Below are positions 16,102-24,997 of a stretch of 31,536 bases of DNA, piece after piece (positions within the stretch are counted from its first letter, which is position 1; each line of letters begins with the position of its first letter). The stretch is from NCBI GenBank assembly GCA_041746255.1, contig JBGTHM010000108.1:1-31536 (forward strand), in the 5' to 3' direction. Made by a program: the position numbers and the translations under genes. Source of the DNA: Fibrobacteria bacterium. GTDB taxonomy: Bacteria > Fibrobacterota > Fibrobacteria > UBA11236. The notes beneath the pieces were generated by a model. The model saw nothing but the letters and a program-made list of their open reading frames with translations, ran no database searches and was not told the origin of the DNA.

Positions 16102-17172
16102 TTAACGGGAAAATATAGGAGTAGACAGGGATTTACGCGCCCCATGGGATGCTGCATTCGGTGCAAGGGGTGGAAACTGCATACGACCCGTCGCATCGAA
16201 GCCGAGGCTACCTTCAGGTACCCTTCCGCCCCACCCAATACTGCCGGAAAGAGCGCCTCCCCGCGTCGCTTGTGCGGGTGAAAGCGAGACCACGTCTGGG
16301 GAGTCGTTGCATCCAATGGGTTGGCGCGACACCACGAAGTGATCGAAATACCTTTCCTGTCGTTTGGGAGATCCGCTGTTCCAATGGTTCTCCAGGAAAA
16401 TCGCGTTGAGTCCGTAGCTGGTATATCCCCGCACGAAATCCACCCCTTCCCGCTTTGCTTCCAGCTTACCGTTGACCCAAAAGGCGGTGACGCCGTCGCT
16501 TTTTCCCGGGCTATTCAGGCGTACATACGATTCGATGCACATCCATTTTCCGCCGGAGTCCGGGCTGAAAATGCGGGAAGCGCCTTTGGCCTGGCCAATC
16601 CACTCCATATTAGCGAAATTGTTATAGCCTTTACATTTGACATTATTGTTTCCATCCACGCAGCGCACGGGATCCAACATGAGGTTTTCCTGGTTACCCG
16701 TCCATAAATGGGCGATCATGGCCTGCGACCAGTCGGAACCGGAGATGACGGTAGCGCGCGAAAGCTTATACGGCGCTCCCTGCCAGCCCTTTTCCATGCG
16801 TACGAATACACGATAGTGGATTTCCCGGAAGGTTTCATCGGGAAAAACACCACGATTCATGTAGGAGGAAGGATTTTTACCGAAACCCAGCTTGAGATTT
16901 CCCGCCTCCACCTCGCCGGGCTGCCAAATGACCCGCATTCCGCGGCTGTCGCCGCGGCCGACCCCGACAATGGCGGCGAAATCGCCTTTATTGTTATCCA
17001 CCTCGAAATAGCGGCCCGGCCCCACCAGAGCGGCGCTCGACTCGAAGTCGTCGCAGAAAATCCAAGCCGGATTCCGCGTGCGCCAATCCTTGCACTCACC
17101 GGCCAGGGAGTCCAGGCTGAACCCGCACATAAAAAGCATCAAGGGCATGGTAACGGGCGAAAGCAGGCGCAT
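16102..17172 (-). CDS. Secreted polysaccharide-lyase-like / concanavalin A-fold protein
   Basis: Signal peptide, FCDDFE, EIHYRVFVRM, W.CIESYVRLNSPGKSDG...WVNG, and LENHWN...RYFDHFVVS. Low-complexity C-tail with a DATGR motif. Confidence 0.6.
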   Translation of the reverse strand: MRLLSPVTMPLMLFMCGFSLDSLAGECKDWRTRNPAWIFCDDFESSAALVGPGRYFEVDNNKGDFAAIVGVGRGDSRGMRVIWQPGEVEAGNLKLGFGKNPSSYMNRGVFPDETFREIHYRVFVRMEKGWQGAPYKLSRATVISGSDWSQAMIAHLWTGNQENLMLDPVRCVDGNNNVKCKGYNNFANMEWIGQAKGASRIFSPDSGGKWMCIESYVRLNSPGKSDGVTAFWVNGKLEAKREGVDFVRGYTSYGLNAIFLENHWNSGSPKRQERYFDHFVVSRQPIGCNDSPDVVSLSPAQATRGGALSGSIGWGGRVPEGSLGFDATGRMQFPPLAPNAASHGARKSLSTPIFSR

Positions 17173-17441
17173 GGAAAACCCTTTCGTGCATATCCCCCTT
17201 CAGGACCGGAAACCCGGGTGCCGGCCCGCTTCGACTTCGCTTACAGGATAAGCGAGTGGGCATTCCTGGAAAGGGATGGTTGATAGAGGTTTATTGATAG
17301 TAGCGGCAACATCTCGAATATGCAACTGTTTTTTTGGTTTTTTGCGGCTGGAAAAAAATGGGGAAAATCGCCCCGATTCCCCGTCCAAAGGGCTTTAGGA
17401 AGCTTTTCTTCCCGACTGATAAACCTGTCGAAGGTTTGGCC

Positions 17442-17472
17442 TTGACCTTGCCCCAAATCCGGGTGCTATACT
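17442..17472 (+). promoter_or_regulatory. Sigma-70-type promoter (extended -10)
   Basis: TG-C-TATACT at 17464-17472, with TTGACC further upstream (19-nt spacer). Confidence 0.4.
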
Positions 17473-17509
17473 CGAATACCATATGCGGTGTCGGATTCGC
17501 GGAGGGGTT

Positions 17510-17785
17510 ATGCTGAATCGATTCATGCGGAAACAGTTCGGGTCGAAAGGGAAATGCATCCTGGTTGCATTCCTTTCCGTGAATGGGTTATCCGCGTGCA
17601 TCGCGGATTCCGGATCGGAAGGATCGGGAGATGCCGTAATCGAGAGCCGCTCTCCCGTATCTCCGGGGTTACGGGCGGAACCACAGGGAGAAGGCATTCC
17701 CGAGGGATGCTCGATGGTCTATCGCGCCGACATGGGAAAACAGGTTTTACACTGCCCCGATAAATCCCCTCCGCCGCCTCCTTGA
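17510..17785 (+). CDS. Small hypothetical lipoprotein
   Basis: GGAGG RBS before ATG 17510, LSAC lipobox-like motif, a Cys pair and a poly-Pro end; 4 nt before the next gene. Confidence 0.55.
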   Translation: MLNRFMRKQFGSKGKCILVAFLSVNGLSACIADSGSEGSGDAVIESRSPVSPGLRAEPQGEGIPEGCSMVYRADMGKQVLHCPDKSPPPPP

Positions 17786-17789
17786 CTCC

Positions 17790-19253
17790 GTGAACAACCA
17801 GGGAATCGCAAAAATCCTGCTGGACCACAGCCTCGCCACCCGTGAGCAATTGGAATCCCTGTGGCCCCAATTGAACGGACATGCGAATATCGCCGAACTG
17901 ATGGTGGGCGAAGGGTTGCTCGAACCGCAGGTCTATCGGCAATTGCTCGAGTATATCGCGAAGTTGGATGGGAAAAGTCCGGAAAAGCCTGTTGCGGAAA
18001 CCGTAAACAAAGCGCCAGTCCCTTCACCTCCGGACCAACCACCCACCCCGAGCGCCGGACAGCCGAACCCGGTTTCCAAACCAAAAGTTAAAGCCAAAAC
18101 CGCCCAGCCGGGAGAATTGCTTCCCATCGAGTTCCGCGGGCGCGCCGGTTTGGAACCCAGCGCAGCCACGGTCCCCGACAAGGTGGGCCCGGAAAGCACC
18201 TGGGAGGAAATCCTTCGCTTCGGCCGCGGCTGTGGCGCCACCGATCTCCACCTGTCTTCGCAAAGACCGTTGCTACTACGTTATCACGGCGGACTCCACC
18301 CCGCCGCTGAGGGAATTTTCCCGGTCGAGGCCGTGGAAACGCTGCTGGCCTCGGCGCTCACCCGGGAAGAACTCGCCCTCTTCAACGACAAGGGAGATTT
18401 TGAGTTCGTGTATACCCTGGAGGGCGCGGGCCGCTTTCGGGTTACCGCCATGCGGCATGCCAAGGGCCTGGACATAACGGTGCGCATCATTCCCATGCAT
18501 ATCCGCAGCTTCGAGGAATCCGGGCTTCCCGAAGGCTGCCGGGATCTCACCCGCTGGTCGCAAGGTCTCGTGCTGGTTACGGGTCCCGCCGGCTGCGGGA
18601 AAACCAGCACCTTGGCCACGCTGGTGGAAATGGTCAATCAATCCCGCCAGGACCATATCATTACGGTGGAAAAGCCGGTGGAAATCGTCTATACGCCCGC
18701 ACAATGCCAAATCACCCAGCGCGAACTCGGGCTGCACTCCCTTTCCCGCGACAACGCCTTGCGCGCCGCCCTGCGTCAGGACCCGGACATCATCGTCATC
18801 AGCGAGTTACGTGATCTCCAGGGTATTTCCATGGCCGTTTCTGCGGCGGAAACCGGCCATCTGGTTTTCGCCACCATGAATACCACCAACGCCTCGCGTA
18901 CCATCTACCGGCTCATCGATTCCTTTCCCGCGGACGAGCAGGCCATCGTCCGCAATATGATTTCCGAAAGCTTGCGCGGAGTCATATCCCAACAATTGCT
19001 TCCGCTCCTCGACGGTTCGGGCGTGGTTCCGGCTTACGAAGTATTGCTGGTCACTTCCGCGGTCGCCAACCTCATCCGCAAGGATGAGACCCATCAATTG
19101 GGCTCGGCCATGATGACCGGAAAGGGTTCCGGTATGGTCCTTCTCGACGATTCGCTGCGCCGCTTGGTGGAGACGGGCTTGGTCGCACCCGAAGAGGCAT
19201 ATAAACGCGCCAACAGCCCCAAGGATTTTGAACGTTACCTGAAAAAGGCCTGA
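17790..19253 (+). CDS. PilT/PilU-family type IV pilus ATPase with N-terminal extension
   Basis: ATDLHLS, GRFRV, LVLVTGPAGCGKTSTLA, LRAALRQDPD, ETGHLVFAT and AVANLIRK. Helical N-terminal extension plus a Pro-rich linker. Confidence 0.9.
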   Translation: MNNQGIAKILLDHSLATREQLESLWPQLNGHANIAELMVGEGLLEPQVYRQLLEYIAKLDGKSPEKPVAETVNKAPVPSPPDQPPTPSAGQPNPVSKPKVKAKTAQPGELLPIEFRGRAGLEPSAATVPDKVGPESTWEEILRFGRGCGATDLHLSSQRPLLLRYHGGLHPAAEGIFPVEAVETLLASALTREELALFNDKGDFEFVYTLEGAGRFRVTAMRHAKGLDITVRIIPMHIRSFEESGLPEGCRDLTRWSQGLVLVTGPAGCGKTSTLATLVEMVNQSRQDHIITVEKPVEIVYTPAQCQITQRELGLHSLSRDNALRAALRQDPDIIVISELRDLQGISMAVSAAETGHLVFATMNTTNASRTIYRLIDSFPADEQAIVRNMISESLRGVISQQLLPLLDGSGVVPAYEVLLVTSAVANLIRKDETHQLGSAMMTGKGSGMVLLDDSLRRLVETGLVAPEEAYKRANSPKDFERYLKKA

Positions 19254-19258
19254 GAACC

Positions 19259-20311
19259 ATGGCGCAATTGGATTCCTATTTCGATACCCTTATCCAAGCC
19301 GGCGGTTCCGATTTGCATTTGCTGGAAGGTTCCGCCCCGAAAATGCGGCTGCACGGCCATTTGGATTGCCTGCCCGGAGAGATGCCGCTAACCCGCGAGC
19401 GGCTGGAAACCCTGTTGGCGGAAATCTGTCCCGCATCGTTGTGGGAGGACTTTGCGGAGACCGGCGATGTCGATTTCGCCTATGCTTACCCCGGCAAAGC
19501 CCGCTTCCGCGCCAATTATCTACGGCAATTCCATGGTAACGGCGCCATTTTTCGCGTGATACCCTCGCGTATAATGACCTTGGACGAATTGGGTGCGCCC
19601 CCGGCGCTAAAAACCTTCGCTTCCCTGCAATCCGGTCTGGTTCTCGTAACCGGCCCTACGGGTAGCGGAAAGTCCACCACATTAGCTGGTGTAATCGACC
19701 ATATCAACAGCGACTTCATCCGCAAAATCGTGACCATCGAACAACCAGTGGAATTCATGCACGTGCCCAAGCAATCGCTCATCGTGCACCGGGAGGTGGG
19801 ACCGGATACCGAGAGCTTCGCATCGGGGCTGAAAGGGGCGCTTAAAAGCGACGCCAATATCGTGCTGGTAGGCGAAATGCGCGATCGCGAAACCATTGAA
19901 TTGGCGCTGACGGCGGCGGAAACGGGCATGCTGGTTTTCGGCACCCTGCATACCAATTCGGCGGCCAAAACCATTGACCGCATCATCGATACCTTTCCCG
20001 CGCAACGGAAAAACCAGGTGCGTTCCCTGCTCGGCAATAGCTTGCGAGGAGTGGTCGCCCAGCAATTGCTCCCCACCGCGAACGGAAAGGGAAGGCAAGC
20101 CGCTTATGAAATCCTCTTGTATACTTCGGCGCTACCGGGTATCGTCCGCTCGGGCGACACCTCGAAATTGATGACTATGATGCAAACGGGTCGGCAACTC
20201 GGGATGCAGACCATGGACGACTGCCTGCTGGAGATGGTGCAATCGGGTCGTGTCACCCAGGAAGCCGCCTACTTCAAGGCGCTCGACAAAACCCGCTTTC
20301 GCGCCAAGTAG
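19259..20311 (+). CDS. pilT: PilT-family type IV pilus retraction ATPase
   Basis: GSDLHL, ARFRAN, LVLVTGPTGSGKSTTLA, VGEMRDRETI, FGTLHTNSA and GMQTMD. Confidence 0.88.
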   Translation: MAQLDSYFDTLIQAGGSDLHLLEGSAPKMRLHGHLDCLPGEMPLTRERLETLLAEICPASLWEDFAETGDVDFAYAYPGKARFRANYLRQFHGNGAIFRVIPSRIMTLDELGAPPALKTFASLQSGLVLVTGPTGSGKSTTLAGVIDHINSDFIRKIVTIEQPVEFMHVPKQSLIVHREVGPDTESFASGLKGALKSDANIVLVGEMRDRETIELALTAAETGMLVFGTLHTNSAAKTIDRIIDTFPAQRKNQVRSLLGNSLRGVVAQQLLPTANGKGRQAAYEILLYTSALPGIVRSGDTSKLMTMMQTGRQLGMQTMDDCLLEMVQSGRVTQEAAYFKALDKTRFRAK

Positions 20312-20319
20312 GGCCGTCG

Positions 20320-20802
20320 CTAACCGAGCGGACTTTTTTTCCGGCCTTGGATACTTTCATCAAATCGCACCAACGTGTCCAGACAATCCAATGCGAACAC
20401 GCTCAAGGAGGTGTCGCGTAATGCATAACCCACGCCGAAAATTTCGGAACCTGGGAAAAAATGGTCCGGCGCATAGCCCTCCCAGCAAAAAAATCCCCCA
20501 TTGCCGGGCAGATTGAAAAGGACGCACACAAAGCTCTCACCCGATCGGGCCTCCTGTGCGAATGCCCTGACCGCCGCTTCCGTGGCCTTTTGCATGCCCG
20601 CATATTCTTCGCGTGGTCCGAGTTCGAAAGGTCCGCATACCCGGGCTTCAAGCGCGCCTTCCCCATAAGAAATGGTTTTGACATAAGCCTGCAAATTGAA
20701 AACCCGCTGCTCCACCTGCGATACCCAATTGTGAGGCGTGGGGTATTCCGGATAAGCGGCCAAGATGAAAGCCAAGGAACGGCTTCCCTGCCATAGCTTC
20801 AT
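20320..20802 (-). CDS. Hypothetical protein (~160 aa)
   Basis: The ORF fills the gap between pilT and panE; a strong GAGGAG RBS precedes ATG 20802. No motif recognised. Confidence 0.55.
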   Translation of the reverse strand: MKLWQGSRSLAFILAAYPEYPTPHNWVSQVEQRVFNLQAYVKTISYGEGALEARVCGPFELGPREEYAGMQKATEAAVRAFAQEARSGESFVCVLFNLPGNGGFFCWEGYAPDHFFPGSEIFGVGYALRDTSLSVFALDCLDTLVRFDESIQGRKKSPLG

Positions 20803-20923
20803 GGAATTTCTCCTCTTTTCGAAATCTTGTATTTCTTGCGAATGCATCTTTCCAGGGTGGTTAGACGATTCTATGCGGCGATAATGTGCCAAAGGAGTGA
20901 GGCTGCGACTACTTACATTTCTG

Positions 20924-21844
20924 TTACATTAAGGGTCTCAGAAATTGCAATTGCCGCATCAGCAGACGCACCGCCGGCATATCCACCCCGGCTTTTTCGG
21001 CGACGGATAAGGGGGCGGCATAAATGGCCTCCCATTCCAGCGGCCTACCCGCCAGAAAATCCAGGCGCATGGAGGGGTCGTAGGCAATCATGGTTTGGGT
21101 ATCCTCCATCAGCTTATCGATAAGGGAGCCTTGGAAGTCATGGCCCAAGACATTCGCCACTTGCAATACTTCCTGCATCAAGGCCAACGCCGCGGCGCGG
21201 CCCTCCGCACGGTTCATGATTTCCCGGGTATTCGCATTCAGCACAACCGATAGGCCGTTGAAGGGAATATTCCACAGCAACTTGCGCCAGCGGGCTTTTT
21301 CGAGGTTGGCCACCGCCCGGGTTTCTATGCCGGCGGCGGAAAAGATTTCCGCCCAGCGTAGCGAAAGTGCGCTGGGTTCGGTTGTCGGGTTTGGGCCGAA
21401 TTCCCCCAACGTGACGGACCCGTAATCCTGGTGTTCGATAACGGCGGGCCCGGCTTTGCGCGCGCACAGAAAAGCCAATCCTCCCAGTACCCGACCGGTG
21501 CCGACCAGCCGCTCAATATGCGCTTCGTTGCCCAATCCATTCTGTAAGGTGATAACCACGCCGTCGGACTTTAATACCCGGGGCAGGTAATCCTTGAGGA
21601 TGCCATTAGCAGTGGTTTTCAGCCCTACCAGCACGGCGTCGCTGGGAGGCAGACTGTCGGGAGAGTTATGGGCATCGACATGAGGCAAGACAAAATCGCC
21701 TCGGGGTGAAAGCACGCGGATTCCATTTCTACGGGCCTCCGCATAATCGCTCCGCAGGACGAAATGGACCGCATGACCGGCCCTTTGCAATAAGGCGCCA
21801 TAATAGCCTCCCAATGCACCGGTACCGATAACGGTTATGACCAC
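20924..21844 (-). CDS. panE: 2-dehydropantoate 2-reductase (ketopantoate reductase family)
   Basis: VIGTGALGGYYG Rossmann motif, TLQNGLGNE, WRKLLWNIPFN and PSMRLDF...E. Probable GTG start at 21844. Confidence 0.88.
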   Translation of the reverse strand: MVITVIGTGALGGYYGALLQRAGHAVHFVLRSDYAEARRNGIRVLSPRGDFVLPHVDAHNSPDSLPPSDAVLVGLKTTANGILKDYLPRVLKSDGVVITLQNGLGNEAHIERLVGTGRVLGGLAFLCARKAGPAVIEHQDYGSVTLGEFGPNPTTEPSALSLRWAEIFSAAGIETRAVANLEKARWRKLLWNIPFNGLSVVLNANTREIMNRAEGRAAALALMQEVLQVANVLGHDFQGSLIDKLMEDTQTMIAYDPSMRLDFLAGRPLEWEAIYAAPLSVAEKAGVDMPAVRLLMRQLQFLRPLM

Positions 21845-21854
21845 AGGCGCGCCC

Positions 21855-22328
21855 TTAGAAAAAACGGAATAGCGGACGAGCCGCCGCGGACCCGGGCCAG
21901 GGAGTGCCAATCAGGGTAATCAAAAGGCAGAGGCCAAAGAAAATGGCCGCAAGCCGGTGAGCTTTGACGGCCTCTCCAATTTTCCCCCACTTGAAGGCTT
22001 TCACCTTGCCAATATGAGCCAGAGCCACCACCGCCAACATCATGAATCCATGTTCCACCGCCCAGAAGCGTATAACGGGATCGCGCATGGCTCCACCGAA
22101 ATCGGAAAATGCCGCCGTGGTGACGGGGCTGAGAAAGAGGTATAGAATAAGGCCGAGTAGCAGCTGCACGTCGATGGAGATGACGGCGAAACGCCCGACT
22201 TTCTGGTCCAGGCCCGACCAGGGCTTTTTACCGATAAGTCCCACGAAGGCGCGAATGGTGGCCCATGCCAGTAAAATCAACACAATCCACCGTAACCAGG
22301 AATGGATAAACAGGGTAAAAACGTACAT
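21855..22328 (-). CDS. Four-helix integral membrane protein (putative cytochrome b-like family)
   Basis: GAGG RBS before ATG 22328. Motifs HSWLRWIVL, DVQLLLGLILY, EHGFMM..V.LAHIG and a C-terminal PW; several His in TM segments. Confidence 0.7.
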   Translation of the reverse strand: MYVFTLFIHSWLRWIVLILLAWATIRAFVGLIGKKPWSGLDQKVGRFAVISIDVQLLLGLILYLFLSPVTTAAFSDFGGAMRDPVIRFWAVEHGFMMLAVVALAHIGKVKAFKWGKIGEAVKAHRLAAIFFGLCLLITLIGTPWPGSAAARPLFRFF

Positions 22329-22395
22329 GGCCACCTCTTTTGGAATTTTGACGTCGAAACTCGCCCAAAAGGTAATTATGTCGCCGCTTTTTAAT

Positions 22396-22424
22396 TTGCA
22401 TTTTCGGGGTCGAAATGCTATTTT
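22396..22424 (+). promoter_or_regulatory. Sigma-70-type promoter of the rpmG-HIT-hemB operon
   Basis: TTGCAT-N17-TATTTT with a TGn extension; same layout as the parE promoter. Confidence 0.5.
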
Positions 22425-22485
22425 TCCCAAAAATTACACCGTTTTTGCGTCCACCTGAGGCGCCGTAGATTGCAGGAGATTTCTC

Positions 22486-22668
22486 ATGCCGCAGATTAAA
22501 GGTAAACGCGTCGTCGTCACGCTCGAATGCACCGAAGCCCGCCCCGCGGGGATGTCGCCTTCGCGTTACATGACCACCAAGAATAAATCCAAGCAGCCCA
22601 GCCGCATTGAACAAAAGAAGTACAATCCGTACATGCGCAAGCGCACCCTCCACCGCGAAGTAAAGTAA
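22486..22668 (+). CDS. rpmG: 50S ribosomal protein L33
   Basis: R..VTLECTE...RYMTTKNK...[21 protein letters not shown], with an AGGAG RBS. Confidence 0.95.
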   Translation: MPQIKGKRVVVTLECTEARPAGMSPSRYMTTKNKSKQPSRIEQKKYNPYMRKRTLHREVK

Positions 22669-22681
22669 ACTTCAGGCATCC

Positions 22682-23074
22682 ATGGCCACGATCTTCACAC
22701 GCATCATCAGCGGTGAGATTCCCGGCGAAAGGATTCTCGAAGACGACCTTTTTTTCGCCTGCCTGGATATCCGTCCCATCAATCCCGGACACACGCTCAT
22801 CCTCCCCAAACGGGAGGTGGAAAATCTTTTTGAGCTTACCGAAGCTGAAACCGCGGGTATTTGGGTATTCGCACGCAAGGTAGCACGGGCATTGCCCAAG
22901 GCCGTGACCTGCGCCCGGGTCGGGGTTATTGTCGCCGGCTTTGAAGTGCCCCATGCGCATATTCACCTGGTACCCATTTCAGGTGAAGGAGAATTACGAT
23001 TTGATCGCGCTAAGGCGGCTAAAAATGAAGACTTACGTGAATTAGGCGAAAAGATTCGCGCGGCTTTGAACTAA
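22682..23074 (+). CDS. HIT-family nucleotide hydrolase
   Basis: TIFTRIISGEIP, DIRPINPGHTLILPK and the VPHAHIHLVP histidine triad. Confidence 0.95.
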   Translation: MATIFTRIISGEIPGERILEDDLFFACLDIRPINPGHTLILPKREVENLFELTEAETAGIWVFARKVARALPKAVTCARVGVIVAGFEVPHAHIHLVPISGEGELRFDRAKAAKNEDLRELGEKIRAALN

Positions 23075-23076
23075 CC

Positions 23077-24078
23077 ATGCGCACCCCATCCGATTTTCCT
23101 CTCGACCTACCGTCCCGACCCCGCCGTAACCGTAAATCGGACTCCATGCGACGTCTGGTCAGGGAAACCCGAATGTCTCCCGCCGATTTCATCCTTCCGC
23201 AATTTCTGGTGGAGGGTAAGGGTCAAAAACAAGCCATAGCTTCCATGCCCGGAGTTTACCGGCTAAGCGCCGATCTCCTCATCGAAGAAGCCCGGCGCGC
23301 ATTCAAGCTGGGTATTCCCGCCATTGCCCTCTTCCCCGCTCTTCCCGATGCTTTAAAGGATGTTTCGGCCACCGAATCGGTCAATCCCAACGGATTATTA
23401 CAACAAACCATTAAGCGCCTCAAAGATGCTTTGCCCGAATTGACGATTATTACGGATGTGGCCATGGACCCCTATTCCAGCGATGGCCATGATGGCCTGG
23501 TGGAAAATGGCCAAGTGGTCAACGATAAAACCTTGCCGATTCTGGCTGCCATGGCGCTATCGCAAGCGGAAGCCGGAGCCGATATGGTCGCCCCCTCCGA
23601 TATGATGGACGGACGTATCGGTTACATCCGCCGCGCCTTGGATGAATCCGGATATGCGAATGTCGGCATTCTCGCTTATTCCGCTAAGTACGCCTCGGCT
23701 TTTTACGGTCCTTTTAGGGAAGCTCTCGATTCGGCTCCTCGCCATGGCGACAAACAAACTTATCAAATGGACCCTGCCAATGCCCGTGAAGCCCTGCGCG
23801 AGGTCTCCCTGGATGTGGACGAAGGGGCGGATATGGTCATGGTGAAACCGGCCGGGCCTTATCTGGATATCATCCGTCAGGTGAAGGATTTCGTGGAGGT
23901 ACCGGTAGCCGCTTATCAGGTAAGCGGTGAATATGCCATGCTCCTAGCGGCCACCCAACTCGGCTGGCTCGATGGTCAAAAAGCCATGCTCGAGTCCCTG
24001 CTTTCCATCCGGCGTGCGGGTGCGGATTGCATTCTCACGTATTTTGCCCTAAAAGCCGCGGAAGCTCTTACTGAATAA
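23077..24078 (+). CDS. hemB: Delta-aminolevulinic acid dehydratase (porphobilinogen synthase), Asp-rich metal site
   Basis: RPRRNR, DVAMDPYSSDGHDG, PSDMMDGRI, SAKYASAFYGPFREA, YQMDPAN, MVKP and AYQVSGEYAM. Confidence 0.97.
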   Translation: MRTPSDFPLDLPSRPRRNRKSDSMRRLVRETRMSPADFILPQFLVEGKGQKQAIASMPGVYRLSADLLIEEARRAFKLGIPAIALFPALPDALKDVSATESVNPNGLLQQTIKRLKDALPELTIITDVAMDPYSSDGHDGLVENGQVVNDKTLPILAAMALSQAEAGADMVAPSDMMDGRIGYIRRALDESGYANVGILAYSAKYASAFYGPFREALDSAPRHGDKQTYQMDPANAREALREVSLDVDEGADMVMVKPAGPYLDIIRQVKDFVEVPVAAYQVSGEYAMLLAATQLGWLDGQKAMLESLLSIRRAGADCILTYFALKAAEALTE

Positions 24079-24092
24079 CGACTTATATCAAT

Positions 24093-24791
24093 ATGATTAC
24101 CGACCTTCATCTGCAAAAATTCCTGGAAGGGCGGCTTTCGGTAGATGAATCCGAAGCGGTGCGGGAGATGCTGAAAAAATCTCCGGAATTGCAGGAAAGA
24201 CTGGATGCACTTGAGGGTCGTTCGCAAATTGTGGGGCGGTCGCGGTGGGCTCGCCTCTTCCTGGACCGCAAAGATACGCGTCGTAAATCCAAGTGGACAT
24301 ACCTTCCCATTGTCATTCTCATTCTGTTCATTTTCTCACTGGCAGGGCATTGGTTCTCCCGGCCGGGTGATAATTCCACTTTCACGTATCAAGCCGGAAA
24401 TGCCTCGGCAGTTGAATTGCTTTACGATGGAGAGCAGCATTGGCGCTACCTCGACCTCCGCTATTCACCCACCGATAGCCTCACATTCAGTATTCGGGAC
24501 AAGGGTCGCTATTACGTGGGCGTTTACGCCCTGTATAACCGCGACGGCAACCCGGAAGTTATTCCGGTTTTCTCCGGGGTGGAACCCTTCGCCCGCTCCG
24601 GTAACATGCCGAAGTTCATGCTGCAGGACCACGACGGAAACCCTGCCTCAACTGCCCCCGACCATTTTCTGGTCGCCTACCATGCTGATTTTCTCCCTCG
24701 GGTTCAGCCTGAAATCATCCCTTTTCTCTGGTCACAGGGTGCGTCTCCCGGGTTTCACTTCCAGATTTTCTCCCTTTCCCAATCCCAATAG
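24093..24791 (+). CDS. Hypothetical single-pass membrane protein, anti-sigma-factor-like N-terminus
   Basis: Short N-terminal helical domain (LQKFLEGRLS..E...V...L), a basic stretch, one TM, then an extracytoplasmic domain. Confidence 0.6.
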   Translation: MITDLHLQKFLEGRLSVDESEAVREMLKKSPELQERLDALEGRSQIVGRSRWARLFLDRKDTRRKSKWTYLPIVILILFIFSLAGHWFSRPGDNSTFTYQAGNASAVELLYDGEQHWRYLDLRYSPTDSLTFSIRDKGRYYVGVYALYNRDGNPEVIPVFSGVEPFARSGNMPKFMLQDHDGNPASTAPDHFLVAYHADFLPRVQPEIIPFLWSQGASPGFHFQIFSLSQSQ

Positions 24792-24839
24792 CCTCTTTCA
24801 CCGCCTAATTTCGCCATTTTACCCAATTTTCTCAAAAAA

Positions 24840-24868
24840 TTGACACACCCCAGCGGGGTTGATATTTT
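24840..24868 (+). promoter_or_regulatory. Sigma-70-type promoter of parE-parC
   Basis: TTGACA-N17-TATTTT with a TGn extension. Confidence 0.6.
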
Positions 24869-24884
24869 CCTTCGAGGCCAAATA

Positions 24885-24902
24885 ACTGTTCATATGAGCA
24901 GT
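24885..24902. promoter_or_regulatory. Near-perfect palindrome, candidate LexA/SOS box
   Basis: ACTGTTCATATGAGCAGT (one mismatched pair), just downstream of the predicted -10. Confidence 0.5.
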
Positions 24903-24997
24903 AGGTCGCAAATTTGCTTTTAAATTCCCCAAATTGAGTATGTATAATGGCGGTGGACTGGACCCCCGAGGGATTTCCGGCACCCAATGAGGTAGGC

